Numbered from the stretch's first letter, positions 1 to 10,229 are shown. The stretch: 64,000 nucleotides of DNA from Methanobacteriota archaeon (GCA_963719035.1 CAVRAO010000012.1:160001-224000); one strand, 5' to 3'. Notes: a model not told the origin generated them from the sequence alone. Made by a program: numbers and translations.

Positions 1-46
1 ACTCGAAAAACAAAAAAGGTGATCAAGAGAGGCCTACCGCGTATAT

Positions 47-232
47 GTGTTGGGCTCCATCGTCGGCATTATGTCAGATCTTCTTACAGTATTCTCCATT
101 ATCGTAATCTCGCTTGTGACAATCTCCGTTGTTATATATTTGCTGCCATTAATTGTGCTTGCCGCACTTGTGCTGCTTGCATTATGGAGTGCGAGCTTGC
201 GAAACCGCCCACGAAGCTCTCTCGTCCATTAG
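47..232 (+). CDS. small hydrophobic membrane protein
   Basis: 61-aa ORF, almost entirely hydrophobic (about 2 TM helices) with a basic C-tail. Confidence 0.5.
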   Translation: MLGSIVGIMSDLLTVFSIIVISLVTISVVIYLLPLIVLAALVLLALWSASLRNRPRSSLVH

Positions 233-923
233 TCTGACACTTGTCCCTCTTTGTCGGTCGCATTCTCCGTTTATTTATATTGTTGGCGACCGTTTCTGGC
301 AAATGCTTTAGTGACTTTCCCAACTAAAGGTCGTTCAAAAAGCGTAGAAGAAGATAGGAATGTCAGGGGCACCAACAACGGAAGTGTTGGCGGTCCTCGT
401 CTGGGAGTGTTACGATATGAATTGTAGCACTTCTCAATGTGGCAGAACAGGTATAGAGACTGTGTATTCTCTATGCAGTGACTATTTTAAACATAACGCT
501 AACATAGACGCGGTCGTGTCAAAAGAACCGCTCGGAAAAGGTCGGGAGAACGGAAGCGGGTTTAAATCAAACTGTGCTCTGCCGTTCTCCTCTACAATCA
601 TGACTAATGGTGTGTTTCTGAAGCGATCGTCCACTTCCTTCATCTCCACGGTGAGCGCGTGTAGGCATATCGACTACCTCCGTCTTAGTGCCTGACCATT
701 ATTCACCGCGCTCACCACGGAAAACCGTTTTTCAATGCCGCTGCACGGCACCTTCAGTAACCGAAAAAACCATCTTTAAAATAGATAGTAATTAAATTCG
801 AATATGTAGCGCTTGCAGAAGTTAATTCTTGTTGACTGCAGCTGCGCGCTCACGTGTCCAAGCGTCGCATCAAAGGCAAAAAAAGAGAAGACGATAGGAC
901 TTAGGATATAGAAGCAGAAGCAA

Positions 924-2192
924 GTGGACTACAACAAAAGCTTTGCAGAACAAATGTCTCAAGAAACTCCTCAATCCCAACGACATAAATCGCCTAAGCC
1001 CACGGCTGCGGCAACATTGGACGATGCGGGCACAATGGCGGACGACTACAGTTACATTCCCGCTCTTAATGACGCCATTGTAGGCTATTTCAAGGATGCC
1101 GCGCGCATCACCCTAAGGGAACCAGCGAAAGCCCTCTTCTTTCTCCGCACTATCTTGTGGCAGAGGAAAGCGGCGCGCGTGCGGCGGAAATGGCAGAAAA
1201 GTGGCCTGCACGTGCCCGCCCTCCTTATCGTAAGCGTCACGAGCAAGTGCAACCTTCGCTGCAAAGGATGTTACGCCTTTGCGCATGAAAAGGGCAAATC
1301 AAAAGCACCGGAGTTGAGTGACGCTCGCCTTCGCACTCTTGTCGCTGAAGCAAATGAACTTGGCATCTCGGCAATTCTGTTCGCGGGCGGAGAACCGCTG
1401 ATCCGTAAGGATCTCTTGATCATTACCAGAGATTTCCCTTCCGTTATATTCCCAATAGTTACGAACGGAACACTCATCGATGAGGGCACGCTTGACCACT
1501 TTCAAAACCAGAGAAACGTGATCCCCGTTATTAGTGTTGAGGGCGACGAACGCGACACCGATGAGCGTCGAGGTGTCGGGATGCATAAGCGCCTGCAGAG
1601 CGCAATGGAACGGATGCGTGCTAAACGAATCTTTTTTGGCTGCTCTTTGACGATAACGCAGTCTAACTTCGCGACAATCACAGATGAACGCTTCATTAAG
1701 AGCCTCACCCAGGCAGGGGCTAAGCTTATCCTCTTCCTAGAGTATGTTTCAGTGGAGGCAGGGACTGAAGATTGGATCTTGACTGATGAGCAGCGGAGCG
1801 CGCTCGCGCACAAAACAGAGCGATTTCGGACTCAATTTCCTGCAATCTTCATTGCAATTCCCGGAGACGAGGACCTGTTTGGCGGGTGTCTTGCTGCGGG
1901 GCGAGGATTCGTTCACGTGAGCCCTGAAGGAGATCTTGAGCCGTGCCCGGTTTCGCCCTACTCCGATACAAATGTGCGACAGCTCTCTCTTAAAGAGGCG
2001 CTGCAATCTAGACTTCTGCAGGCAATTCGCCAGCGTCAAGAGACACTTAGCGAGATGGAGGGCGGCTGTGCCCTCTGGACAGAGCGCGAGTGGGTGCGTT
2101 CTTTGCTCCCCCCCGAAGAAAGTATACCTGTTCCAGTTCGTCACATCGGTTCGGAATACCAACAGGGAGCCGGCCGTGCGGAATCGTCTTGA
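924..2192 (+). CDS. radical SAM protein with C-terminal SPASM/Twitch-like region
   Basis: CNLRCKGC (CxxxCxxC), GGEP motif, C-terminal GCLAAGRG...EPCP...GGC; true start may be the ATG near 1035. Confidence 0.9.
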   Translation: MDYNKSFAEQMSQETPQSQRHKSPKPTAAATLDDAGTMADDYSYIPALNDAIVGYFKDAARITLREPAKALFFLRTILWQRKAARVRRKWQKSGLHVPALLIVSVTSKCNLRCKGCYAFAHEKGKSKAPELSDARLRTLVAEANELGISAILFAGGEPLIRKDLLIITRDFPSVIFPIVTNGTLIDEGTLDHFQNQRNVIPVISVEGDERDTDERRGVGMHKRLQSAMERMRAKRIFFGCSLTITQSNFATITDERFIKSLTQAGAKLILFLEYVSVEAGTEDWILTDEQRSALAHKTERFRTQFPAIFIAIPGDEDLFGGCLAAGRGFVHVSPEGDLEPCPVSPYSDTNVRQLSLKEALQSRLLQAIRQRQETLSEMEGGCALWTEREWVRSLLPPEESIPVPVRHIGSEYQQGAGRAESS

Positions 2193-2359
2193 ACTGAAGA
2201 AAATGCGCTTAGATAGCGGCAAAAAGTTGACTATCTTGTTTCTTCCAGTTTTTTACTAAGTCGACACCTAACTTGTTGTTTTAGCGCCAGTAGTGCGGGT
2301 GCCAGCACGTTTAAGCAGTTCCCGCACTCAGCTGGGAGTCCTCGTTGCGGCTATTGAGT

Positions 2360-2367
2360 CTATATAG
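2360..2367. promoter_or_regulatory. CTATATAG palindrome upstream of MBL hydrolase
   Basis: Same 8-mer occurs at 5803, 5813, 7425, 10158 and 10167; could be an operator or a TATA variant. Confidence 0.3.
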
Positions 2368-2404
2368 ATAACATATTAATGCTGGATACTAGAGGGTATA
2401 AAAC

Positions 2405-3145
2405 GTGACAGATCAGCGTAAAGAACCCGTAGAAGTGTGCCCCGGCGTCTTCCAGATCCCGGCGCAGCGGCCATCGTGCCACGTGTACCTCATCGTTGGG
2501 ACATATAAGACCGTCATGATCGATTCAGGAATCGATTCGAGCTTTGGTGATTTGAGGAACGCGTTGAGCGACATTGGATTCACGCCTGCCGATGTCGATT
2601 TGGTCGTTAACACGCACGAACACTTTGATCACATCGGCGGCAACAAGTACTTCTACCGCACGGCCATTATCGCGGCCGGACGACTCGCTGCCGCAAAAAT
2701 AACCGAAAAAGACGCATATGTCACTATGTACTCGTCTTTTTCGGCCGATTATCGGTATACGAAACCGCATGTGTGGTTTGAGAGCGGAGCGTTTATCGAC
2801 TTAGAAAACGCGAAACTCGAAGTAATCTATACTCCCGGTCATACATCAGGCTGCATATGCATCTATGAGGAGTATAACAAACTGCTATTCTCGGGAGATA
2901 CCGTTTTTGCACACGGGAGCCTATCGGCGATAGCACCTTCGGGAAGTGCTGGTGACTACGTGCACTCCATGGACGTGCTCAATACGAAAAAGATTCAGCG
3001 ACTCTTTCCCGGCCACGGATCGCTCTCGCAGACGCCCTCCGAAGACATAGAACTCGCATCGAAAAACGCCAGGACAAGACTGCAGGAGGTGAAAACCGAC
3101 GATACGTGGTCTGAATCCACGCCTTTAGATGAAATAGGTCAATGA
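2405..3145 (+). CDS. MBL-fold metallo-hydrolase
   Basis: THEHFDHIGG (HxHxDH), TPGHT, SGDT and PGHG motifs. Confidence 0.92.
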   Translation: MTDQRKEPVEVCPGVFQIPAQRPSCHVYLIVGTYKTVMIDSGIDSSFGDLRNALSDIGFTPADVDLVVNTHEHFDHIGGNKYFYRTAIIAAGRLAAAKITEKDAYVTMYSSFSADYRYTKPHVWFESGAFIDLENAKLEVIYTPGHTSGCICIYEEYNKLLFSGDTVFAHGSLSAIAPSGSAGDYVHSMDVLNTKKIQRLFPGHGSLSQTPSEDIELASKNARTRLQEVKTDDTWSESTPLDEIGQ

Positions 3146-3401
3146 ACAGAAGCTATTGTAGTAGGCCCGACTATCTCGGAAGCCCAGCGTTGCCGAGCAC
3201 TATTATGAGCTCATCGACTTCGACGACGTTCATAGTATTTTGAAACGGCGGAGGTATCTGGAATTACGATTGACGAAGTGTGCCGCGGAAGCAGTCTTAG
3301 GCGAGTATCCAAGCGGCCGGTAGGACAGAATCGCAGCGATTTTATTAAAGAACGCGCTATAAATTACAGCTTGTCAAACTCACATAAGCAAAGGAGGAAT
3401 T

Positions 3402-3947
3402 ATGGACGAAAAAATGAAGAAGTTCATTCCACTTTTTGTCCTGATAGGACTGGCTATAGTAGCTTTCGCAATTTACATAATAGTAAACCACGTTGGGATG
3501 CCGACCCGAGATCTTTCAGGGGCACCAGCGAACTTTTGGTGGGGTCTTTGGCAAGGTCTTATTGTTTTCTTATCATTCATAGCCAGTTGGTTTGACAACA
3601 ATATCGTGCTCTACCAGGTCAACAATAATGGATTTTGGTACAACCTCGGATACGTTATTGGCATTATTGTCCTTGGGGCTGGGGGCGGAGGCAGCGCAAG
3701 AGCTTCTAGGACAACAGAAAAACCCAAGATGCAGGGTCATGAAGCACCACCACCCCCGCTGTTGCTTTTTGCCGGCATCGCTATCGCATTTGCATGGCTG
3801 CTGTTCGTGGGACTCTGGTTGTTTTTCTATGCCAGCGATTTTAGTATCTGGGAAAACATCGGGATAGGCATCATCTCTGTTGCAGTTGTAGCGATATTAG
3901 AGACCGCAATCTGGGTTCCGTGGGGACTGAAACACAGTAGCAAGTAA
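3402..3947 (+). CDS. multi-pass membrane protein
   Basis: AGGAGG SD; several TM segments; FWWGLWQG...NNGFWYNLG and WLFFYASDFSIWENIG segments joined by a Gly/Pro linker. Confidence 0.75.
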   Translation: MDEKMKKFIPLFVLIGLAIVAFAIYIIVNHVGMPTRDLSGAPANFWWGLWQGLIVFLSFIASWFDNNIVLYQVNNNGFWYNLGYVIGIIVLGAGGGGSARASRTTEKPKMQGHEAPPPPLLLFAGIAIAFAWLLFVGLWLFFYASDFSIWENIGIGIISVAVVAILETAIWVPWGLKHSSK

Positions 3948-4285
3948 AGAGCTCGCGATGAGGGCTGCGCTTTGTCAGCCCATAAGCAGCAGATTAGATT
4001 AGATGGTATGACGTTGACGGTTTTTTCTATGTTGCTTTAGCGTATTCAACTTTTTTTGAAAACCCCCCAGTGAGACCGATCTAAAAACCATGAACAAGGA
4101 CGATTCGCAATATGTCTACAGTCAGACTAATTTGCGTATGATCGTCTCAGACGCAGAGGTTCTCATTATGCCAACTGAGCGCCATCTCCCGTTCATATGT
4201 GCGCTCGTTAAAATGCAGCGACTGCGGTTTAAAGGATAAGACTCATTTATATGAATAAGTAAGCAGTATTCCCACTAGAAGCAGC

Positions 4286-4753
4286 ATGCTCGATACACTT
4301 TCTGATGATATAGAACTAATCGCTCCGTGTGGTATGAACTGTGCGGTGTGCAGCAGATACCTTGCGCGTAAATATGACGTCAACCGGAAAGGGCTCAATA
4401 TGCCTTATTGCGCGGGATGTCGCCCTCAAGGTAAGATATGTGCGTTTCAGAAACGCTGCGATCTCCTTCGGAAGAATAAAGTTCGTTTTTGTTATGAATG
4501 CAGCAGTTTCCCGTGCGGCAACGTTGAGCCGCTTGACGCACGCTATCAACAGCATTACCACACGAGTTTCATCGAAAATCTCGCCTTTATCAAGGAGCAT
4601 TCGCTTGCGGCTTTTATGGAGCGTGAGGATGCGAAGTGGCGGTGTGAGCAGTGTGGGGCAATGCTGTGCTGCCATAATGGAATCTGTTACAATTGCAGCG
4701 CTGATCGCTTACAAACGAGAAAGAAGTTGTACAGGTGGGACGACGAACAATGA
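4286..4753 (+). CDS. DUF3795-like Cys-rich metal-binding protein
   Basis: APCGMNCAVC, CAGC, FCYECSSFPC, ENL, WRCEQCG pattern. Confidence 0.85.
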   Translation: MLDTLSDDIELIAPCGMNCAVCSRYLARKYDVNRKGLNMPYCAGCRPQGKICAFQKRCDLLRKNKVRFCYECSSFPCGNVEPLDARYQQHYHTSFIENLAFIKEHSLAAFMEREDAKWRCEQCGAMLCCHNGICYNCSADRLQTRKKLYRWDDEQ

Positions 4754-5064
4754 AGTTGACTCCAGCACAAGTTGACCGATGAAGCGAGGGAGCTGTCATA
4801 ATTTGTTATAGCGAGCCTGCCGGACGTTCGCACATTGAGATACGATTAACACAAACGAGATGTGTTAAGGGCGTGTTTTTGCTTGGCCATGGGTTTATCG
4901 TAATTAACGAAGCACAAATCATAACATTTTGTATTAGCTCTCACTTGTCAGAATATGATCTGTTGAGGCGGGGAAGCGAGTTATTTAAACCTACAAACAG
5001 ACCCGCTTCAAAAAAACGATAGCGGTGTCATATCCCCGTTCGGCACTATTAACGCACACAGAGT

Positions 5065-5457
5065 TCAGTCTCGGCTCATATAACGATCCCATTCTATCTC
5101 ATATTCGCGTGGTGCAGGCTCTTCTTTATGCTCCCGTTCAGCTTGTCGACCTAGCTCTTGATATCGCCTCAATTCCATTCCCAAAAAATATCGATTTGCG
5201 TCCTCAACTAAGCCAGCAACCGCATTCCAACAAGCACCGTACTTTCTTATTGCCGCCGCATCTTTTTGGCATTTATAGCAGGCTATTTTGCCAATAATAT
5301 TTACATTCGCCTTCGCAGGGGCTTTTTTTTCGAAGTAACTCTTCCATTCGTCGGGTGGTGTGTTAGATAAAATATAAGGGACCATGACTTCATTCTCCGA
5401 GTGCTCCTTGATGTGACCATGATCAACCTCTAGAATAGTAATCTCTTTAAATCCCAT
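5065..5457 (-). CDS. hypothetical protein
   Basis: 130-aa ORF with GAGGT SD upstream of ATG; protein-like composition. Confidence 0.65.
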   Translation of the reverse strand: MGFKEITILEVDHGHIKEHSENEVMVPYILSNTPPDEWKSYFEKKAPAKANVNIIGKIACYKCQKDAAAIRKYGACWNAVAGLVEDANRYFLGMELRRYQELGRQAEREHKEEPAPREYEIEWDRYMSRD

Positions 5458-5802
5458 CTGGCTACCTCACGCGAATCATTCAAGCGACCAAACTAATATC
5501 TTCCTCCAAGCGAGCTGCTCTAAAAAAGTGAGCAAAAGAATTCCAGGCATAGTCATTGTATGGGCACTTGCGAACAGCTTAAAAGTTGCTGTTCGTCCTC
5601 AGATCCTGTTTGTGTCCGCAACATAGGGGACTAAAGATAAAAAAACCTCACAAGGCCGGTCTTAAGTAAGATATTTTTAAAAAGTGACTAAACGGCCCGA
5701 CTACGCAAAGAGCAATTAGTTATTCGATTCAAATGTTTAGTGCGTTAGCTGATGCCCCTAGCCTATAGAATGCCAAGGCGACAAAAAGACGCTATTTCCT
5801 CT

Positions 5803-5820
5803 CTATATAGCCCTATATAG
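5803..5820. promoter_or_regulatory. tandem CTATATAG palindromes (10-nt period)
   Basis: ctatatag-cc-ctatatag ending 56 nt upstream of the 5876 ATG. Confidence 0.4.
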
Positions 5821-5875
5821 ATTAAGAAGGATGCGTTGACATCGCTGCTCAGCTTTTATTAGTTAGAGGTGAGAA

Positions 5876-6034
5876 ATGAAGATGTTAGAAGAAAAACGGG
5901 AGAAACCGCTTAGATCGTTTATCCTGCCGAATGAATCGTTCAAGTGGGATAGAGTCCTTGAGGAGTACGCCGAAGAGAACTCTCGTCAAGAACCTACTGA
6001 CGAACGGCAGGATGCTGAGCAACAACGCTTATAA
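5876..6034 (+). CDS. 52-aa acidic small protein, FILPNESxxWD family (not in ORF track)
   Basis: GAGGTGA SD; translation MKMLEEKREKPLRSFILPNESFKWDRVLEEYAEENSRQEPTDERQDAEQQRL; paralogous to 7144-7374. Confidence 0.75.
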   Translation: MKMLEEKREKPLRSFILPNESFKWDRVLEEYAEENSRQEPTDERQDAEQQRL

Positions 6035-6892
6035 GCCATCCTTTTCCGTCTTAGATTTATGAAGCGGAAACCGTAGCGCTTTATTTGATAATTGCGATTG
6101 CACTTTTAGTTTCTTTCTGATGCTTATAGCAACATAAAGCCAACACAAGGTATCTCTAAGCACAACCTAGGAGCGAGGGGCCAATTTCTGTTCCTGTTCT
6201 CTCGGAGAGCTCGGAAAGAATGCATCCATTAACAGCGGAGGCTTGCTAAGACTACAATAAAATAAGTGTAGATACTGCATATTGTATATGTAGTACAGAT
6301 TTTGAAAATATCCAAAATGTAAATTTTGTCGTGTCAGAAGAACCCACTTCTTGTCAGAAGAACGCACTGAAAGATTGAAAATATGTCGCTGGAGCGACTA
6401 TCAAATTCTCCACATGTGATGAGCGCATCGACATATCGACTTCCTGGCGACGTTTGTAAATATCTCTCTCTGCGCGATTACTGAGAAATCGTTTTTCGGT
6501 TTTTTAACACTTCTTGCTGCTCCGTGCGATTGTATGACGTTTAACTAAGGAGAGGAAATGGGGCTTAGGAGAACACAGAGAGAACTTATATCGACGAACG
6601 ATTCCGCTCGCGTCGGCGGTGATTCGTGGTGAACATAGAACAGGTGGAGAAATTTATAACTGCTTTACCACCCGGACGGGGAATGCGAAAAAGGGCGTCG
6701 GAGAGTGAAAGACAACGCGTGCATTTATTGTCTTGAACGCGCTCTGGAAGATATTCGCTTCGCTTTATGCTCTGACGCTCCTTAGCGACTTCCTTCAAAT
6801 CATTATTTTTCTGTTTGCTCACTCTGTTCAACGAATCGAAACAATGATGGAGACCAATAGACCACATTGTAACCTGAGGCGATTACGACCTG

Positions 6893-7150
6893 ATGAAGGG
6901 CTGGGTGCTTAGCTACCACGAACTGATCTGCGTTAAGTACGCGGTGAAGAAACTGTTGACAAGAGTAGCTCAAGATGTAATTCGATTGACCACATCTAAG
7001 ATTAGGTCACAACCTGTATTGCTGCTGGCGAAAAATGCAAAGAACGCTAGGCGCACTGACAAGGTTAAGAAGAGGATGCCAAGCGACGTGCTTCTCGCCT
7101 CTCGTCGTAAAAAAAGCGGCCAAAAAAGATATCGCTCTGCCGCTCAATAG
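6893..7150 (+). CDS. basic hypothetical protein
   Basis: 85-aa ATG ORF converging on the 7144-7374 gene; no recognisable motif. Confidence 0.3.
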   Translation: MKGWVLSYHELICVKYAVKKLLTRVAQDVIRLTTSKIRSQPVLLLAKNAKNARRTDKVKKRMPSDVLLASRRKKSGQKRYRSAAQ

Positions 7151-7374
7151 TAGTAGCGGTCTCGATTTTTTCGTTTCTTGTGCGTGACAATATAGTCCTT
7201 GTCAAAGCCATCGTCAGCGAGTTGTTCAGTCCCCACGTTATCGGAATTGACCTCCTGAAGAGAATCCTCAACAACGAACTTCTCGAGGATGAAGTCCCAC
7301 TGATACGATTCATTCGGCAGGATAAACCATTTGAGGAGATTCTCCTGTTTCTCTCCTGCTTTCAAAGTTCCCAT
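7144..7374 (-). CDS. 76-aa small protein, FILPNESxxWD family
   Basis: MGTLKAGEKQENLLKWFILPNESYQWDFILEKFVVEDSLQE... aligns without gaps to 5876-6034. Confidence 0.75.
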   Translation of the reverse strand: MGTLKAGEKQENLLKWFILPNESYQWDFILEKFVVEDSLQEVNSDNVGTEQLADDGFDKDYIVTHKKRKNRDRYYY

Positions 7375-7579
7375 CTCCGTAGTTAAGAATGAGAGTGGAC
7401 CTACGTTAACGCTTACCCCATACACTATATAGTGTTCCGGAGTCTCCTTAAAAAACGCTTAAGCATTCATAACTCGATACATCCTTGTCGCAACTTGGCT
7501 TGGTTGTGACTGGCGTCCAAGGCTTCGGCCTGCCTCGGTCGATGCTTGACAAAAAGACCTTGGTCCGCCATCTTGACCA

Positions 7580-7626
7580 AAAAACGGTTGGGTGCGCGAT
7601 CCGGCCGTTTTTCACCCCCTTTTTTT
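7580..7626. terminator. hairpin followed by T-tract
   Basis: aaaaacggttgg...ccggccgttttt inverted repeat followed by ccccc-ttttttt. Confidence 0.35.
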
Positions 7627-7753
7627 AGGTCATATTAGCACAGATGCAGCTGCTGTAGAAAGATCATGTGGTATGGTTAAGAGCGGGGGTTACCACATGT
7701 CGTGTTAACTCAAATTGCAGTCCGCACTCTGCATTGAAGGATGTTCTAAGAAG

Positions 7754-8173
7754 ATGAACGCGAAGAAAAAGATCTTGTTCCTTTGCACGCACAACGCAGC
7801 GCGGTCGCAGATGGCCGAAGGGTTCGTCAACGCCTTGTACGGTAATCGATATGAGGCGTACAGTGCCGGCAATGAACCGACTCAGGTGCACCGGTGTGCC
7901 ATCGAACTGATGGCAGAGGAAGGCATCGACATCGCATCACAGTGCGCAAAATCACTCAACGAGTTTGACGACATGTACTTTGACTACGTCGTGACCTTAT
8001 GCGCTGATAACCAAGAGAATTGCCCGATCTTTCCCGGTGGCGGGACATACCTCCAGCGTGCCTTCCCCGATCCTGTCCCCGCTCGCGCGGAAGAACAGAT
8101 CTGTGGACGTTTTCGGCGCGTGCGTGACCAGATCAAGATGTGGCTCAAAGAGACGTTCAGCGAAGGCGAGTAG
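7754..8173 (+). CDS. arsC: arsenate reductase (LMW-PTP fold, thioredoxin-coupled)
   Basis: P-loop CTHNAARSQMAEG, SAG, LC...CPIFPG, FPDP, FRRVRDQI. Confidence 0.92.
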   Translation: MNAKKKILFLCTHNAARSQMAEGFVNALYGNRYEAYSAGNEPTQVHRCAIELMAEEGIDIASQCAKSLNEFDDMYFDYVVTLCADNQENCPIFPGGGTYLQRAFPDPVPARAEEQICGRFRRVRDQIKMWLKETFSEGE

Positions 8174-8623
8174 GGTAATCGCACTAAGAGCGAGTTACAG
8201 AACGTCGGCACCAGCGCTGGGCATCATGGCACTTAAACGTGGTATCACGAATTGGGTTATCTGTGAGCTTGCTAACAGTCTGATCTTCGCCTGATACAGG
8301 CGAAGTAAGAATTTGATTAAAGAGTGTCCGACCTCTTAAAATTGAGAGTCGTATTTCTCTGCCATAAACTCAACGGAGAGTTATCAGCTATGAGAGAGAG
8401 GCGTGCAGCTACTGCCTCAGCATGGCTGAACGGCTTGGCGGGTCTTACCTGCGAACTTTAGTAGTCGATTTGAAGAACAGCTTGCCCAGCACCTCGCTGC
8501 GTTTGTCTCATCGATTCAGACTCAGCCGCTTAGGAGCCATAGTATGCTTCAAGGGACGACAAAATGCGCAGCAATCGGGATCATCGCTGGTCTCACGCCG
8601 GGGCACTTGCAGGAGGGGGAAAG

Positions 8624-8773
8624 ATGGGCATGATCTTGAGCGCCATCGGCTCCGCGGTGGGTACGGCGATATTCGGCACGTACTTCTTCACCTACCTCAC
8701 CTCATCGACCAGCGTCGCCGTCGGTCTCGTGGTGGGCCTGCTGATGGGACACTATCAGGTTAAAACACCGTAG
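8624..8773 (+). CDS. small membrane protein
   Basis: GGAGGGGG SD before ATG; two hydrophobic Gly-rich helices. Confidence 0.4.
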   Translation: MGMILSAIGSAVGTAIFGTYFFTYLTSSTSVAVGLVVGLLMGHYQVKTP

Positions 8774-9123
8774 CGCGTGGAAGATGGTGGGGCTAGGCAA
8801 GGCTGATCAACTGCAAGACAGCATTTTGTTGCTTCTTTGTCTTTATTGCACAGAAGCACACGGATGCGTGTAATTGCCCACCCCACTCGTGCTTAAATAA
8901 GCTGTTTTTTCGCTGGTGATCTGGTGGTACTTAAATTCCGAAGGCAGGATCAGCATCTCTTATTTTTCTTATGGTGCTGTCGTATACGGCGCCGAAATCC
9001 AATGAGTCCGGTGATAATGAGGGCAAATGCTAAAACGACTAGCCCGATCAAGTCCCATCCTCCATGTTTCTTAGAACAGTAAATATATATGCTAGGTTGT
9101 TTTTATATAATTCCTAGATTTTT

Positions 9124-10128
9124 ATGGAGATTCGAAAGGTTCAACTGACTGGCAAATCGAGTTATACAGTCTCATTGCCAAAGACTTGGGCCACACAAGT
9201 CGGTTTGAGGGAGCAATCACAAGTTGGTATATCAACGCTGCCTGACGGTTCGTTGCGCGTAACTCCAAGCGACAGTGTAAAGCCGCAAGGGCGCGGGATT
9301 TTTAACATAGAAGGCCTTTTTGACGACGCTCTTGCGCGGCAGATGATAGCCATCTACATCGCAGGTTATGATACTTTTGAGTTGCGTGCGCCTCAGATCC
9401 GATCAGAACAGCGAACGACGATACGTGACATGTCGTACCGTCTGATAGGTATGGAAATCGTTGAAGAGACTGCAAAATCGGTCGTGATACAGGATTTTAT
9501 CAGCCCTAACGAGCTTAAAATTAAGAAATCTATTCGACGAATGCACCTCATTATCGAATCGATGCTTGCTGATGCCGTTAAATCTCTCCTTAAAAACGAC
9601 AGTGACCTAGCCAATGACGTTATTTTAAGAGATCGTGATGTCGACCGACACTACTTGCTCGTGGTTAAACGTTTGCAAGCAATGGTGAAGACCCCGTTTG
9701 CGGAAGCTTCAGATATACACGCTAACCAGAGTCTGGAGTACTATCTAACCGCAGTTTCGCTTGAACGTATCGCGGACCACGCATCCAGGATAGCGCATTG
9801 TGTGCTAACACTTGCAGGAGGATCCGTGCCAACTGAAACCCTCAACTACATCAGCGAGGCAAGCAAGCTCTCTAGCGACATTATGCAGCTTGCAATGGAT
9901 GCCTTGTCTAAGTTTGATCCAAAGCTTGCTGAAAAAGCTATCGCAACAAAAAGCAGCCAAATCACTATACTTAAGAGAGCTGAGGCGATGACGTTTGACC
10001 TCAACGCGCATATAGCGCTGCCGCTTAACTGTATCGCGAATAGTATCGACCGCGTTGCAGACTATGGAATGAATATAGCTGAAGTAGCCATAAATCTCTC
10101 GGTCGCGCAATCTCAGAATCAAATGTAA
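9124..10128 (+). CDS. phoU: phosphate uptake regulator: AbrB-like N-terminal domain plus PhoU repeats
   Basis: EIRKVQLTGKSSYTVSLPKTW (archaeal AbrB-PhoU N-terminus); DRDVDR and LERIADHA PhoU motifs. Confidence 0.92.
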   Translation: MEIRKVQLTGKSSYTVSLPKTWATQVGLREQSQVGISTLPDGSLRVTPSDSVKPQGRGIFNIEGLFDDALARQMIAIYIAGYDTFELRAPQIRSEQRTTIRDMSYRLIGMEIVEETAKSVVIQDFISPNELKIKKSIRRMHLIIESMLADAVKSLLKNDSDLANDVILRDRDVDRHYLLVVKRLQAMVKTPFAEASDIHANQSLEYYLTAVSLERIADHASRIAHCVLTLAGGSVPTETLNYISEASKLSSDIMQLAMDALSKFDPKLAEKAIATKSSQITILKRAEAMTFDLNAHIALPLNCIANSIDRVADYGMNIAEVAINLSVAQSQNQM

Positions 10129-10157
10129 TCTATACGTCGTCTGATGCATAAAGTTAT

Positions 10158-10182
10158 CTATATAGTCTATATAGTTTATATA
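10158..10182 (+). promoter_or_regulatory. pstS promoter: two CTATATAG copies abutting a TTTATATA box
   Basis: ctatatag-t-ctatatag-tttatata, about 50 nt upstream of the pstS ATG. Confidence 0.6.
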
Positions 10183-10229
10183 AGATATTGATATGATCTA
10201 TATTGGCTCTATGGAGCTGTGGTGACTTA

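Noticed and set aside
360-695. 111-aa ORF
   Set aside because: No motif, atypical composition, overlaps predicted RNA stems
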